In this document: in pieces, positions 1 to 9,041 of the stretch | How positions within the stretch are numbered: position 1 is the stretch's first letter | Layout of the letters: each line of letters opens with the position of its first letter | Source of the DNA: Planctomycetota bacterium | GTDB taxonomy: Bacteria > Planctomycetota > SZUA-567 > H5-PLA8 | Direction of reading: 5' to 3' | Assembly (NCBI GenBank): GCA_038227875.1 | Contig: JBBRPR010000006.1 | Location: 161,272 to 225,271, forward strand | DNA: 64,000 nt | Made by a program: the position numbers and the translations under genes | Notes under the pieces: model-generated | Databases searched by the model: none | Seen by the model: the letters and a program-made list of their open reading frames with translations, nothing else | What the model was told of the DNA's origin: nothing

Positions 1-800
1 AGCGCCGCCGTGAGCTGTGGATCGAAAATGCTCGAGCGGTCGCCGACGCGCACGATCACTCCCCCACCCTGCGGCGCATGATCGAAGGCCTTCGAACATT
101 CCAGCGAGAGCACGCACGCATCTTTGGGGATACTACTGTGCCGGATCGCTTCCAGCGTGCCGAGAAAACCAATCTCTTCCGCGCGCGTGAACAGCCCCCA
201 AACCGGCGCCGCGTCGGCATTCAATTTCACCACCGCATCCAACGCGCTCAACGCTGCCGACGCGCCAAGCAGATCGTCGCAGCAGCGCGTCACGATCTTG
301 CCGTCGACGATCGAAAACCCCGGGAAATCCCACATCGCGATCGCGCCTTCCGGCGCGCGGCCGTCGATCACGCGCGCCGTGGCCGCAACCAGCCGTCCCT
401 TCTCATACGCCACGTCACTCAGTTCGCCGCTGCCGATCGGATCCGCGGAATCCGTGCTAAAAAAGCGCACACGCAATCCCGCGTGCGCATGCGGTTCGCC
501 CACGTAGCCTTTGAACGCCAGCTTCGCGACGCCGTCGGCACAGGACTCCACCCAGAAGCCCGGGTGATCGAGATGCGCGACCAGCACCAGCGGCGCTCTG
601 CGCCTGGCAGCGTCGCTTTTCGGTTCGTACCGAACGATCAAATTGCCAGCCGCGTCCTGCGAGAGCGTCAGCCCCGGCCGCGCCGCAACAAATTTCTGAA
701 TCATCCGCCGCGGCAACTGCTCCCGCATCGCCGCCGTCGGCTGCTCGAGGAGATCCTTGGCGATATGCAAGGCGGTTGCAGCGTCGGGGGTGAAAGTCAT
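1..800 (-). CDS. M42/M20-family metallopeptidase (3' end runs off the left edge)
   Basis: Not in the ORF track; translated by hand from ATG 800 with AGGA SD upstream: MTFTPDAATALHIAKDLLEQPTA...LVLVAHLDHPGF...CDDLLG...FTRAEEIGFLG...SLECS. The HxD, DD and EE metal-ligand pattern fits clan MH. Confidence 0.8.
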   Translation of the reverse strand, partial: MTFTPDAATALHIAKDLLEQPTAAMREQLPRRMIQKFVAARPGLTLSQDAAGNLIVRYEPKSDAARRRAPLVLVAHLDHPGFWVESCADGVAKLAFKGYVGEPHAHAGLRVRFFSTDSADPIGSGELSDVAYEKGRLVAATARVIDGRAPEGAIAMWDFPGFSIVDGKIVTRCCDDLLGASAALSALDAVVKLNADAAPVWGLFTRAEEIGFLGTLEAIRHSSIPKDACVLSLECSKAFDHAPQGGGVIVRVGDRSSIFDPQLTAA

Positions 801-820
801 GCTCGGTCCTCTTAACGAAA

Positions 821-899
821 GCGGGATTCGGGAATCGGGATTCGCCGTGGTCCGTACTCGGCGAATCCCGATTGCCGAATCCCGAATCCCGAATCCCGC
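821..899. repeat. Inverted heptamer tandem-repeat hairpin (GGATTCG / CGAATCC)
   Basis: Three GGA(T/A)TCG units, a short spacer, then five CGAATCC-like units, in an intergenic region between divergent genes. Confidence 0.9.
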
Positions 900-969
900 C
901 GTTTCGATGTCGAAGAAGTCTGCATCCACGAATATCATTTTTCAAATCGTTCGCGTACAATTAACGCTT

Positions 970-2139
970 ATGCACCTGCTGTTCTCTAATCTTCGCCGCA
1001 AACCACTCCGTTCGCTGTTGACGATCTTCGGCATGTCCGTCGCGCTGTTTTTGTTCTGCTTCATCGAAGGCGTGATTGAAGCGTTCAACGCGGGCGTCAA
1101 CATGGCTGATGCGTCGCGGCTGGTCGTCAGTCATCGCGAATCGCTGGGCTTTCAACTGCCCATTTCTTACGAGCAGGAAATCCGCCAGATCGAGGGCGTC
1201 AAGGCGGTCGCGGGGTTGGTCTGGTTTGGCGGCTTAAGTCACGAGCAGCTGCCGAACGGCGAGATCCGCGAGGAATTCTTCGCGCAGTTTGGCGGCGATC
1301 TCCAGAGTTATCTCTCGATGTATCCGGAAATTCATATTCCGCCCGATGAGGCCCGCGCGCTGATGATGGACCGCGGCGGCTGCGTGATGGGCGACAAAAT
1401 CGCCGCGCGCTTGAACAAGAAAGTCGGCGACCGCATCACGCTGAAGAGCACCATCTGGACCAACGACAAGGGTGAATTGTGGGACTTCAATGTCCGCGCG
1501 ATTTACACAACCGACAATTCGTCCTTCGACCGCACCATGATGCTCTTCCACTACAAGTACCTCGACGAAGGCCGCAGCCTTTCGAAAGGTACCGCCGGCG
1601 TCTTCGCCGTGTCGATGGCCGATCCCAACCGGTATCAGCAGATCAGTCGCGCCATCGACGCGCGTTTTGAGAACAGCCCCTTCGAGACGCGCACACAGAC
1701 CGAACGCGCGTTCAACATGCAATTCGTCTCAATGATGGGAAATTTCAAACTGCTCTTCCGTTCGATTGGTTCGGCGGTGGTGCTGACGATGCTGCTGGTC
1801 TCCGCCAACACAATGATGATGAGCGCCCGCGAGCGCACGCGCGAGATGGGCATTTTAAAATCGATCGGCTTTTCCGACGCGCACGTTTTCTTTCTGCTGA
1901 TCGGGGAAAGTCTGACGCTGGCCGCCATCGGCGCGTTCTTCGGCGCCTGCGGCTCGCTGCTGATTTTCAACGTCTTCGGCTTCAACCCCAAGCCCGATTT
2001 CTTCCCGATCTTTTATCTGCCGATGTCGTCTTTCTGGAACGCGCTCCTGATCGCCGCCGCCACCGGCCTGATCAGCGGCCTGGTGCCGGGGATCGCTGGC
2101 ATGAGATTGAAGGCGACGGAAGCGCTGCGAAGCGTGTAG
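970..2139 (+). CDS. ABC transporter permease, MacB/FtsX family
   Basis: NLRRKPLRSLLT plus N-terminal TM, periplasmic domain, and the ERTREMGILKSIGF FtsX motif with C-terminal TMs. ATG 970 is preferred because the upstream ORF extension is just the translated repeat. Confidence 0.9.
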   Translation: MHLLFSNLRRKPLRSLLTIFGMSVALFLFCFIEGVIEAFNAGVNMADASRLVVSHRESLGFQLPISYEQEIRQIEGVKAVAGLVWFGGLSHEQLPNGEIREEFFAQFGGDLQSYLSMYPEIHIPPDEARALMMDRGGCVMGDKIAARLNKKVGDRITLKSTIWTNDKGELWDFNVRAIYTTDNSSFDRTMMLFHYKYLDEGRSLSKGTAGVFAVSMADPNRYQQISRAIDARFENSPFETRTQTERAFNMQFVSMMGNFKLLFRSIGSAVVLTMLLVSANTMMMSARERTREMGILKSIGFSDAHVFFLLIGESLTLAAIGAFFGACGSLLIFNVFGFNPKPDFFPIFYLPMSSFWNALLIAAATGLISGLVPGIAGMRLKATEALRSV

Positions 2140-2218
2140 GGCGGCTCTTCTGGCCTTCCGCGTGCTTTACGTCCTCCCGCGTATCAGGATCGTCTTCATC
2201 CTGTGGGAGTACCCGACA

Positions 2219-2998
2219 ATGAGCGGAAAATCTATGCACGCGATGTTGAAGGTCGCCACAGTCGCGCTGCTGGCTGCAACGACTTTATGCCACGCCGGCG
2301 ACGAGACACGGCAGTCGTTCGATTCCAATGGCGTGAAGATCAGTTACCTCGTCGAGGGCAAGGGCGAGCCGGTGGTGTTGATTCACGGCCTCTATTCCAG
2401 CGCGGTGATGAATTGGCAGCTTCCCGGGATCGTGGGCCTGCTCGCCAAGGATTATCAGGTCATCGCGCTCGACGTTCCCGGCCATGGCCAATCGGACAAA
2501 CCCGAGACCGACGCGGCGTACGGACTCGAGATGGTCGAAGACGTGGTGCGCCTGCTGGACCATTTGAAGCTCAAGAAAGCTCACATCGTCGGCTATTCAA
2601 TGGGCGGCATGATCGCCGCGAAACTCGTCGCGACGCATCCCGATCGGGTCAGTTCCGTGCTGCTCGGCGGCTGGGGCTGGATGCAGGACGGCTCGTTCCT
2701 GCAGAAGTTCTGGGGTGGCTGGAGCAGAAACGGGGTGCTCAGCACACCGGGACAGTGCCCGCACAGTCTCGGCAAGCTTGCGCTGACCGAGTCGGAGCTC
2801 AAATCGATCACCGTTCCGCTGACCGTGGTGGTCGGCGAAAAAGATCCGTGCAGGCTGCTTTATGTCGCACCGCTGGAAAGAGCGCGCCCGGACTGCCCGG
2901 TCGTGGTCATCCCCGGCGCCGATCATTTTTCATGCGTGACCAAGCCGCAGTTTAAGGATGAGATTAGGAATTGGCTGAAGCTGCAAAATAAAAAGTAA
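2219..2998 (+). CDS. Secreted alpha/beta-fold hydrolase
   Basis: Signal peptide, VVLIHG, GYSMGG nucleophile elbow, GEKD and DH catalytic triad motifs. Confidence 0.9.
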   Translation: MSGKSMHAMLKVATVALLAATTLCHAGDETRQSFDSNGVKISYLVEGKGEPVVLIHGLYSSAVMNWQLPGIVGLLAKDYQVIALDVPGHGQSDKPETDAAYGLEMVEDVVRLLDHLKLKKAHIVGYSMGGMIAAKLVATHPDRVSSVLLGGWGWMQDGSFLQKFWGGWSRNGVLSTPGQCPHSLGKLALTESELKSITVPLTVVVGEKDPCRLLYVAPLERARPDCPVVVIPGADHFSCVTKPQFKDEIRNWLKLQNKK

Positions 2999-3010
2999 GA
3001 ATCGCGGCGA

Positions 3011-3149
3011 TGGTGCCACGGATGCGTGAATTTCAGAGCGCAGCGAAGAAATTCATTCATCCGTGCGTTACGTGTACCCATCAAGACGCGCCAGCACGGA
3101 TGAACGGACACTTTCGCTACGCTCAAGTATCCGCGCATCCGTAGCACCA
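3011..3149. repeat. Inverted doublet of 56-nt hairpin units (MITE/REPIN-like)
   Basis: Unit 3011-3066 and the reverse complement of 3094-3149 align: TGGTGCYACGGATG...GAGCGYAGCGAA...TTCATCCGTGC. It lies between convergent genes. Confidence 0.85.
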
Positions 3150-3168
3150 AATTGTCCGCACGCCTCGT

Positions 3169-5337
3169 TCAATTATCTTTTCCTTCAATATCGCACACGT
3201 CGTCGTCCGCGGTCCGCAAGTGCACGCCACACTGCCACCAGCCCGTCGTCTGATCGCAATGCATCACCATCAGATGCTCGCCGGCAGTGAGGTGCTGCTG
3301 TGAGGTCCCGGGATAGCGGATCGGCGGGCCTTTGCGTTGGCTGCTGTAAATATGTTTACCGTCGATCCACACCATCACCACGTCGTCGCCCATGATCTTA
3401 AATAAGTAGTCGCCGTCTTTCGGCACATCCAGTTTCACCGCGACGTACGCGCGGGAAAAGAAAATGCCTTCGTACGCGCCGCCGCCGAAGGCGCGGTTTA
3501 GATCGTAGAGCCCATAATACGAAATCGCGTCCGACGGGAATGGCTTCCAGGCCAGGCCCTGCGGCGTCGTGCCGCTTTTGGGCGAAAGGTATTCGGCATC
3601 GGTAATCGACAGGTCCTTGTCGTGTGGCCGCTCGATGGGACCCAGGAATTCCGCGGGGAACGGTTTGACCACGGTGCTCTCGCGCACGACTTTCTGCTCT
3701 CCGCCGCGCGTCGTCAGCGTCACAGTCACGCGCATCTCCCGCGCCGGCAGATTCGCGGGCACCGTCAGCGCGATGGGGAATTCCTGGATCGCCGCGTTCG
3801 GATCGAGCTGGATGTCGCGATGTACTTTCACCAGCGCCCGGCCGCGGCCGGGATCGAGTTCCGCATCGAGGCTCGCCGGACTGTTCAGCTTGCCAAAGTT
3901 CTGCACCCACGCGCCGAAGTCGGCCGTCTCGTCTTTTAGAATTCCCATCGACCGTCGTGTCAGCAGCAGATTCAACGGCGGCCGTTCCGGAACGACGGCC
4001 GGCCCGCGATCGCCGCCGCTTCCACCCTCGTGTGATAGCCAGAACTGCGCGAGCGTCAAACCGTCCTGCATGAAATGGAGATGCAGCTGGTGCCAGCCTT
4101 TTCCCAACGCAACCGCACCGCCGCGCCAATCGGCAGAGTACCACTCGAACGGCTCGCAGCCGTTGTGCCCCAGGTCGGCGTAGACACCGTCGTCGAGCGC
4201 CGCCTGCGGATAGTTGGAACACTTCGTCGCCTCGGGGAGAATCATCGCGTGCAGCGAGTAGTATCCGGGCCGCTCGACTTTGAAATCGTAGACGACTTCG
4301 CTTCGCTCATCGTTGCGGTGAAGTCCATGAAAATCGCCGACGCCCTCTTGCTGCCCTTCCAGATCGCCGGCGCCCTCGCGCGTATGCAGACCGATGCGCG
4401 GATGATTTTTCGACATCCACACCCACTCCCAGCCGTAGCTCATGCTGCGCAACGTGGCCGGATCGATCACGATCGCGCCGGGGTGTTGCAGCGCGCCGTC
4501 ATCCAGTTCCGGCACCTCATGAGCGGGATACGAGAGCACCGAATTCGAACGCTCGGGAATCTCCAACGGCCCGGCGACGTTGTCCGGCGCAACGCGTTCG
4601 ACTACGCGCGGAGGAGTCAGCAGCTCTTCAGTCGGCTGAATCGGTTCCAGCGTCGGACGCGGAGCGACTCTCGCTACTTGAGTGGCCGACGATGCTAGCT
4701 TCATGCTTTCCCGCACCACGGCTTCCAGAAATGGCTGCGGAGAGAGCCCCAGGCTCGCGATCGCGCTGGAAAATTTCTGCGCGCGATCCGTTTCGTTGGA
4801 TGCTTTGAGCGTCAAGTACGCGCGCGCAATTCCAAATCCGCGCGGCACGCCGGACATCGGCGCATAGGCCTGCGTGAGCAGCCAGCGCGGCCGGGTCTCG
4901 GTTGGACTGGCGGGAAGAATGCCGAGTTCCAATTCGTGAAATTCGTCGCTGCCGCCCTCGAAACAAAGTGAAAAGCGTGCGCGAAGTTCGTCGGCCGTGA
5001 TCGCCTGAACGCCCGGCGGAATTGCCCCGGTCGCCATCGCCTGGCGCCGCGCCGATCGCGCGAAATGCTGCGCACCGCCGAAAATCAAGACGCTGATCAG
5101 CGCCACACCCGCCAGACCCGCGCCGCGAATCCGCAGGCGGAACGCGAGACAACCGGCCGCGACCACGAGCATCCATGCGATTTCCAGCAGCATCGTCCCC
5201 CGCCAGATTCGCCCGAAGACCGCGCCGTCGACTTGACTCCCAAACCACAGATCGACCGCGCTCAATACCAGCAGCACCCCCGCCACTGATCGAGCCACGC
5301 TGGTTGGGGATGTTTTCGGCACAAGAACCTCGGGCAA
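3169..5337 (-). CDS. Membrane-anchored protein with carbohydrate-binding-like and PA14-like beta-sandwich domains
   Basis: Three N-terminal hydrophobic segments, a Pro-rich linker, a CBM-like segment (YDFKVERPGYY...LGKGWHQLHL) and a PA14-like C-terminus (GDYLFKIMGDD..VWIDG..LTAGEH). Start codon uncertain. Confidence 0.6.
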   Translation of the reverse strand: MPEVLVPKTSPTSVARSVAGVLLVLSAVDLWFGSQVDGAVFGRIWRGTMLLEIAWMLVVAAGCLAFRLRIRGAGLAGVALISVLIFGGAQHFARSARRQAMATGAIPPGVQAITADELRARFSLCFEGGSDEFHELELGILPASPTETRPRWLLTQAYAPMSGVPRGFGIARAYLTLKASNETDRAQKFSSAIASLGLSPQPFLEAVVRESMKLASSATQVARVAPRPTLEPIQPTEELLTPPRVVERVAPDNVAGPLEIPERSNSVLSYPAHEVPELDDGALQHPGAIVIDPATLRSMSYGWEWVWMSKNHPRIGLHTREGAGDLEGQQEGVGDFHGLHRNDERSEVVYDFKVERPGYYSLHAMILPEATKCSNYPQAALDDGVYADLGHNGCEPFEWYSADWRGGAVALGKGWHQLHLHFMQDGLTLAQFWLSHEGGSGGDRGPAVVPERPPLNLLLTRRSMGILKDETADFGAWVQNFGKLNSPASLDAELDPGRGRALVKVHRDIQLDPNAAIQEFPIALTVPANLPAREMRVTVTLTTRGGEQKVVRESTVVKPFPAEFLGPIERPHDKDLSITDAEYLSPKSGTTPQGLAWKPFPSDAISYYGLYDLNRAFGGGAYEGIFFSRAYVAVKLDVPKDGDYLFKIMGDDVVMVWIDGKHIYSSQRKGPPIRYPGTSQQHLTAGEHLMVMHCDQTTGWWQCGVHLRTADDDVCDIEGKDN

Positions 5338-5485
5338 CGCACGGTGGCGAATTCGAGCGCGATCAACTCTACCGCTTCCCTTTACAAATAAGTAATACGC
5401 CCCGTCACCGAATTTACGACATCCTAATGAGACAAAAGGTAGTGTTCAGTCAGGGCCTGGCTGTAGCGCCTGACTGGAGGAAATC

Positions 5486-5797
5486 ATGCAACTACTCGAG
5501 GGAGTCCTGAAGCGTTCTCTGGAGAATTTTCTGCGCGGCTTCGGCGCGCGTGATCCGAATCTTAACACCACGCCCCACATCAAACCTCATCCGGAAAAAA
5601 CCAAGCGCATCAATCCCATCGGTTACTGGCGCGGCGTGCCTTTTGAGATCGTCGTCCGTGAACCCGACTCCGCTGCCGAACGCGAAGTCCATGTCGGCGT
5701 CTGGCGCGGCGTGCGCTGCGTCTTCACCACCGCCAAACGCGCCACGGTGCTCGGCGACACGGGTTTTACGGAGATCCGGCCGACGGAGAACATTTAA
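5486..5797 (+). CDS. Hypothetical protein (103 aa)
   Basis: Strong GGAGG SD just upstream of the ATG, and it fills the gap between genes. Confidence 0.65.
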   Translation: MQLLEGVLKRSLENFLRGFGARDPNLNTTPHIKPHPEKTKRINPIGYWRGVPFEIVVREPDSAAEREVHVGVWRGVRCVFTTAKRATVLGDTGFTEIRPTENI

Positions 5798-5799
5798 CG

Positions 5800-5941
5800 G
5801 AGTCATGGGTCATTGGGCATTGGTCATTGGTCATTGGTCATTTTTCATTTACGAGGAGCGTCCTGTTAAACGGTTTGTCCTGTCTGCCGCTCTCCGTAAA
5901 TGACAAATGGAAAATGACCACTGACCGATGACCGATGACTC
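5800..5941. repeat. Inverted heptamer tandem-repeat hairpin (TGGTCAT / ATGACCR)
   Basis: Seven NNNTCAT-like units on the left and six ATGACNN-like units on the right, around a unique spacer, between convergent genes. Confidence 0.9.
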
Positions 5942-5943
5942 TG

Positions 5944-8139
5944 TTAAACGCGTTGGGGTTGGGGCGCAGGGTCCGGCAACGGCGCGGGTTTCGTGGGCAT
6001 CGGTACATCGCGTTCGAACCCGCGCATGATCAGCAGCGACGTCGTCGCTTTTTGAATCAGGTCTTCCGACTTCAATCCAAATTGCCGCTGCTCCAGTCCC
6101 CACTCCGGGCCGGAGCCGATCACGATCAGGTCGTAGTTGTTTGCGGCTTCCGCCAGTGCGGCCTGGGCCGGCTCGAGATGCTCGACGACTTTCATCTTCA
6201 CCGATTCGCCCTGAGTGGGGTCGTTGAAGACCGAATTGAACTGCGCCTGCGCGCCGCGCTGCGGGCCGTCCTTATCGCGGTCGGGCGGTACGACGTGAAG
6301 GATCGTGATCTGCGCGCCCAACTGAGCGTTTAGACGCCGCGCCAGCTTGAACGCGCACTGGTCGTGAAACGTACCATTATAAGGGAGCAGCACGCGCTTG
6401 ATGCTCGTCAGCCCGCGGTCGATCAGCACGCCGACGTCGGCCTGCGCCTCGGCCATCACGTCGTAAACCACGCCGCCCAGCCGCGACTGGTTGATCAGCG
6501 GCTTGTGCCAACCCAGTAGAATCAGGTCGCTCTGCTTGGTCGCCGCGACCTGGCAGATGTCCGCGGCCGGCGCGTTCGAGACGAACGTCAGCGGGCTGAC
6601 TTTCAGGCCCAGTTCCTCACTGCGCTCCAGCAGCGGAATCAGCGCGTTGCCTTCCTTGGTGTCGGCTTTCGGCATCCGCCCGGATTCTTTGGCCTCTTCG
6701 GCCAGGTAGGTCGACGTTCGTTCCGGCGGCGGGATCAGCCGCAGCGCCGTCACGCGGCTCTTGGTCGAATCCTTTCCCGTCAGCGCCGACGCCAGCACCG
6801 CCATCGCCGGTCCGGTGCGGTCGTGCGCCACGCACAGCAGCAGGCGGAAGACTTTCCCCGGCAACTGCGTGCTGCTCTCGGACAATTCCATCGCCAGGCG
6901 CTGATCGGGGTAGAAGAAATGAAGCAGCGGCGTCGTCATGAAGGTGGTGATCAGCGCCATCAACACCATCATGGTAAAGAGCGCCGGAGAGAGTACGCCC
7001 AGATCCAGCCCGATGTTCAGCACGATCAATTCCATCAATCCGCGCGTGTTCATCAGGATGCCGATGGCCGTTGAATCACGCCACGACAAGCCCGTCCACT
7101 TTGCAGCGAGGGAACTGCCGCCGAATTTTCCCAGGCAGGCGGCAAGCGTGATCAGCCCGCAGTAGATCCACGTGTCGGCCGAATTGAGCAGGTTGATCTG
7201 CGTGCGCAATCCGCTGAACGCAAAGAACAGCGGCAGCATGAAGACGACGACGAAATCTTCGAGTTTCTCGGCCAGCGCCGGAGCGTACCCGCCTTCGCGC
7301 GGCATAATCGCACCGAAAAGAAACGCGCCAAACAAGGCGTGAATGCCGATCAGTTCCGTCGCCATGCTGGAGAGCAACAGCAGCACGAACGTGACGGCGA
7401 CGAGATTCTGATTGAGCACTTCCTTGCTGCTGGTTCGCGCGCCCAACTGCGCCAGGAACGGCCGCACCAGGAAAACCATGAAGCCGATGTAGCACAGCGC
7501 ATAGCCGGTCGTCAGCGCCGCCGCCGCGAAGCCCGACGCGCGGACGATTGAGACGACAAACGCAAGCACACACCACGCCGTAACGTCGTCGACCGCCGCG
7601 CAGGCGATGGTGATCGCGCCAATGCGGGTGCGCATCAGCCGGCGTTCGGAGAGGATGCGCGCGAGCACCGGAAACGCCGTGATGCTCATCGCCACGCCCA
7701 TGAACAGCGCAAACGAACTGAAACGCACGTATCCAGGAGCGTCGGGGTCCGGCTGCGAGAGCCGCGGATACAAAAAAGTCGCCAGCAACCCACCCAACGC
7801 AAACGGCACGATGATGCTGGAATGACTGATGATCACCGACGTCCGGCCGCGCCCGTGCAGCAGCTTCGGGTCGAGTTCCAGGCCGATCAAGAACATGAAA
7901 AAGATCAGGCCGACTTCGCTCATCACCTTTAAGAGCGGCTGCGACGCCGCCGAAAAGAGGTGTGATTGAAATGTCGGAAAGAGAATGCCCAGCACCGAGG
8001 GTCCGAGCAGAATTCCCGCGAGGATTTCCGCGATGACCATCGGCTGCCCGAGCCGTCGCGCAAGCAATCCGATCAAACGCGCCAGCACGACGATGACAAT
8101 CGCCTGCACGACAAACTGGGTAAGTGGATGCTCTAGCAC
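5944..8139 (-). CDS. Cation:proton antiporter (CPA2/CHX-like) with C-terminal universal-stress-protein domains
   Basis: QPMVIAEILAGILLGPS, SITAFPVLARIL, AAVDD and MNTRGLMEL motifs, followed by two USP-like domains. GTG 8139 is the probable start (the ORF is open to 8202). Confidence 0.92.
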   Translation of the reverse strand: MLEHPLTQFVVQAIVIVVLARLIGLLARRLGQPMVIAEILAGILLGPSVLGILFPTFQSHLFSAASQPLLKVMSEVGLIFFMFLIGLELDPKLLHGRGRTSVIISHSSIIVPFALGGLLATFLYPRLSQPDPDAPGYVRFSSFALFMGVAMSITAFPVLARILSERRLMRTRIGAITIACAAVDDVTAWCVLAFVVSIVRASGFAAAALTTGYALCYIGFMVFLVRPFLAQLGARTSSKEVLNQNLVAVTFVLLLLSSMATELIGIHALFGAFLFGAIMPREGGYAPALAEKLEDFVVVFMLPLFFAFSGLRTQINLLNSADTWIYCGLITLAACLGKFGGSSLAAKWTGLSWRDSTAIGILMNTRGLMELIVLNIGLDLGVLSPALFTMMVLMALITTFMTTPLLHFFYPDQRLAMELSESSTQLPGKVFRLLLCVAHDRTGPAMAVLASALTGKDSTKSRVTALRLIPPPERTSTYLAEEAKESGRMPKADTKEGNALIPLLERSEELGLKVSPLTFVSNAPAADICQVAATKQSDLILLGWHKPLINQSRLGGVVYDVMAEAQADVGVLIDRGLTSIKRVLLPYNGTFHDQCAFKLARRLNAQLGAQITILHVVPPDRDKDGPQRGAQAQFNSVFNDPTQGESVKMKVVEHLEPAQAALAEAANNYDLIVIGSGPEWGLEQRQFGLKSEDLIQKATTSLLIMRGFERDVPMPTKPAPLPDPAPQPQRV

Positions 8140-8324
8140 GCGGAAGCTTCCTGAATGGAACCGCCAGACGTCCTCGATAACCCAGAGACGCCCGCCGCGC
8201 AACGGCTACTCGCATAAAAAGGCGGAAATATGCTGATCGAAACAAATGTAGTGCGAATGCCTTCTCCGTCCCAGTGGAGGAGTGAGCGACGAGCGACTTT
8301 GGTTCGGGATATATCGTTTTGCGT

Positions 8325-8906
8325 TTACTGTCCGGCTTCGTCGAATTCCGAAAATCGCACGGGCAGGTCGCTGCGGTTAATGGCAATGCCGTCGGCGAAA
8401 ACGCCGAGCACTGCTGGCCCCGCTGTATGGATCGTGTGCTTTACATAGACCACAATCTCGCTGCTGTTGCGGACCACAGAGTCAATTGTGTACCAGGGCG
8501 CAGCATCTCCCGTAGTGACCATCACCACCGCCATCTGCCTCTTGAAATCCACGTTGCTCCAGCGTGCGAAGCATTGGTTCTTTGATCCCAAATACGAGTT
8601 GAAGGCTTCGGCGTTGCGGAAGACGAACGTGCCGCGGGTCAGGTCGCTGCCGTTGGGCAGTTTCAGATTCCAGTGGATCTTCATGGGCACGGCGTTCGGA
8701 ACGACTTCGCGCGGACGCAATGTTTTCTCGGCGGATGGTTGAGCAATTTGCGGCGGCGGCAAGGGCTGAGCCTGCTCGTGCGGCGCCACGGTGGCACTGT
8801 CGACTTCCGGATGCAGATCCGAGTAGGGCACCGGCTCCTGATGCGCATACCAATACAGCGCCGCCGCGATGGCAAGCGTAACGATGACAACGTTGCGAAT
8901 TTTCAT
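8325..8906 (-). CDS. Membrane-anchored hypothetical protein, PrcB C-terminal-like domain
   Basis: N-terminal TM, Pro-rich linker, and a VDFKRQMAVV...YTIDSVV segment reminiscent of PrcB_C. Confidence 0.55.
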   Translation of the reverse strand: MKIRNVVIVTLAIAAALYWYAHQEPVPYSDLHPEVDSATVAPHEQAQPLPPPQIAQPSAEKTLRPREVVPNAVPMKIHWNLKLPNGSDLTRGTFVFRNAEAFNSYLGSKNQCFARWSNVDFKRQMAVVMVTTGDAAPWYTIDSVVRNSSEIVVYVKHTIHTAGPAVLGVFADGIAINRSDLPVRFSEFDEAGQ

Positions 8907-8921
8907 GTGCTGACCGCCAAT

Positions 8922-8961
8922 AAAAAGAGTGCCGTAAAAGGGTCTTCTGATATCGGCACTC
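8922..8961 (-). terminator. Possible intrinsic terminator
   Basis: GAGTGCCG...CGGCACTC stem with a T-run on the minus strand, downstream of 9042..10757. The loop is large. Confidence 0.35.
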
Positions 8962-9041
8962 AGGCGGGGCGCGGCGGACTGCTTAGTTCAAATTTCATAG
9001 GAGTTTCAGCAGATATTTTTATCGGACAGTCGCGCGCTATT

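Noticed and set aside
78..815. 245-aa plus-strand ORF and overlapping small ORFs
   Set aside because: Antisense shadow of the minus-strand metallopeptidase, which has recognisable motifs.
757..969. N-terminal extension of the ABC permease ORF
   Set aside because: It is the translation of the heptamer hairpin and overlaps the divergent gene; the family-like sequence starts at 970.
5800..5941. Repeat arrays as possible CRISPR
   Set aside because: Units are 7 bp in tandem with no unique spacers between them, and there are no cas genes in the window.
8140..8320. Possible Na+/fluoride/c-di-AMP riboswitch upstream of the antiporter
   Set aside because: No recognisable consensus on the minus strand.
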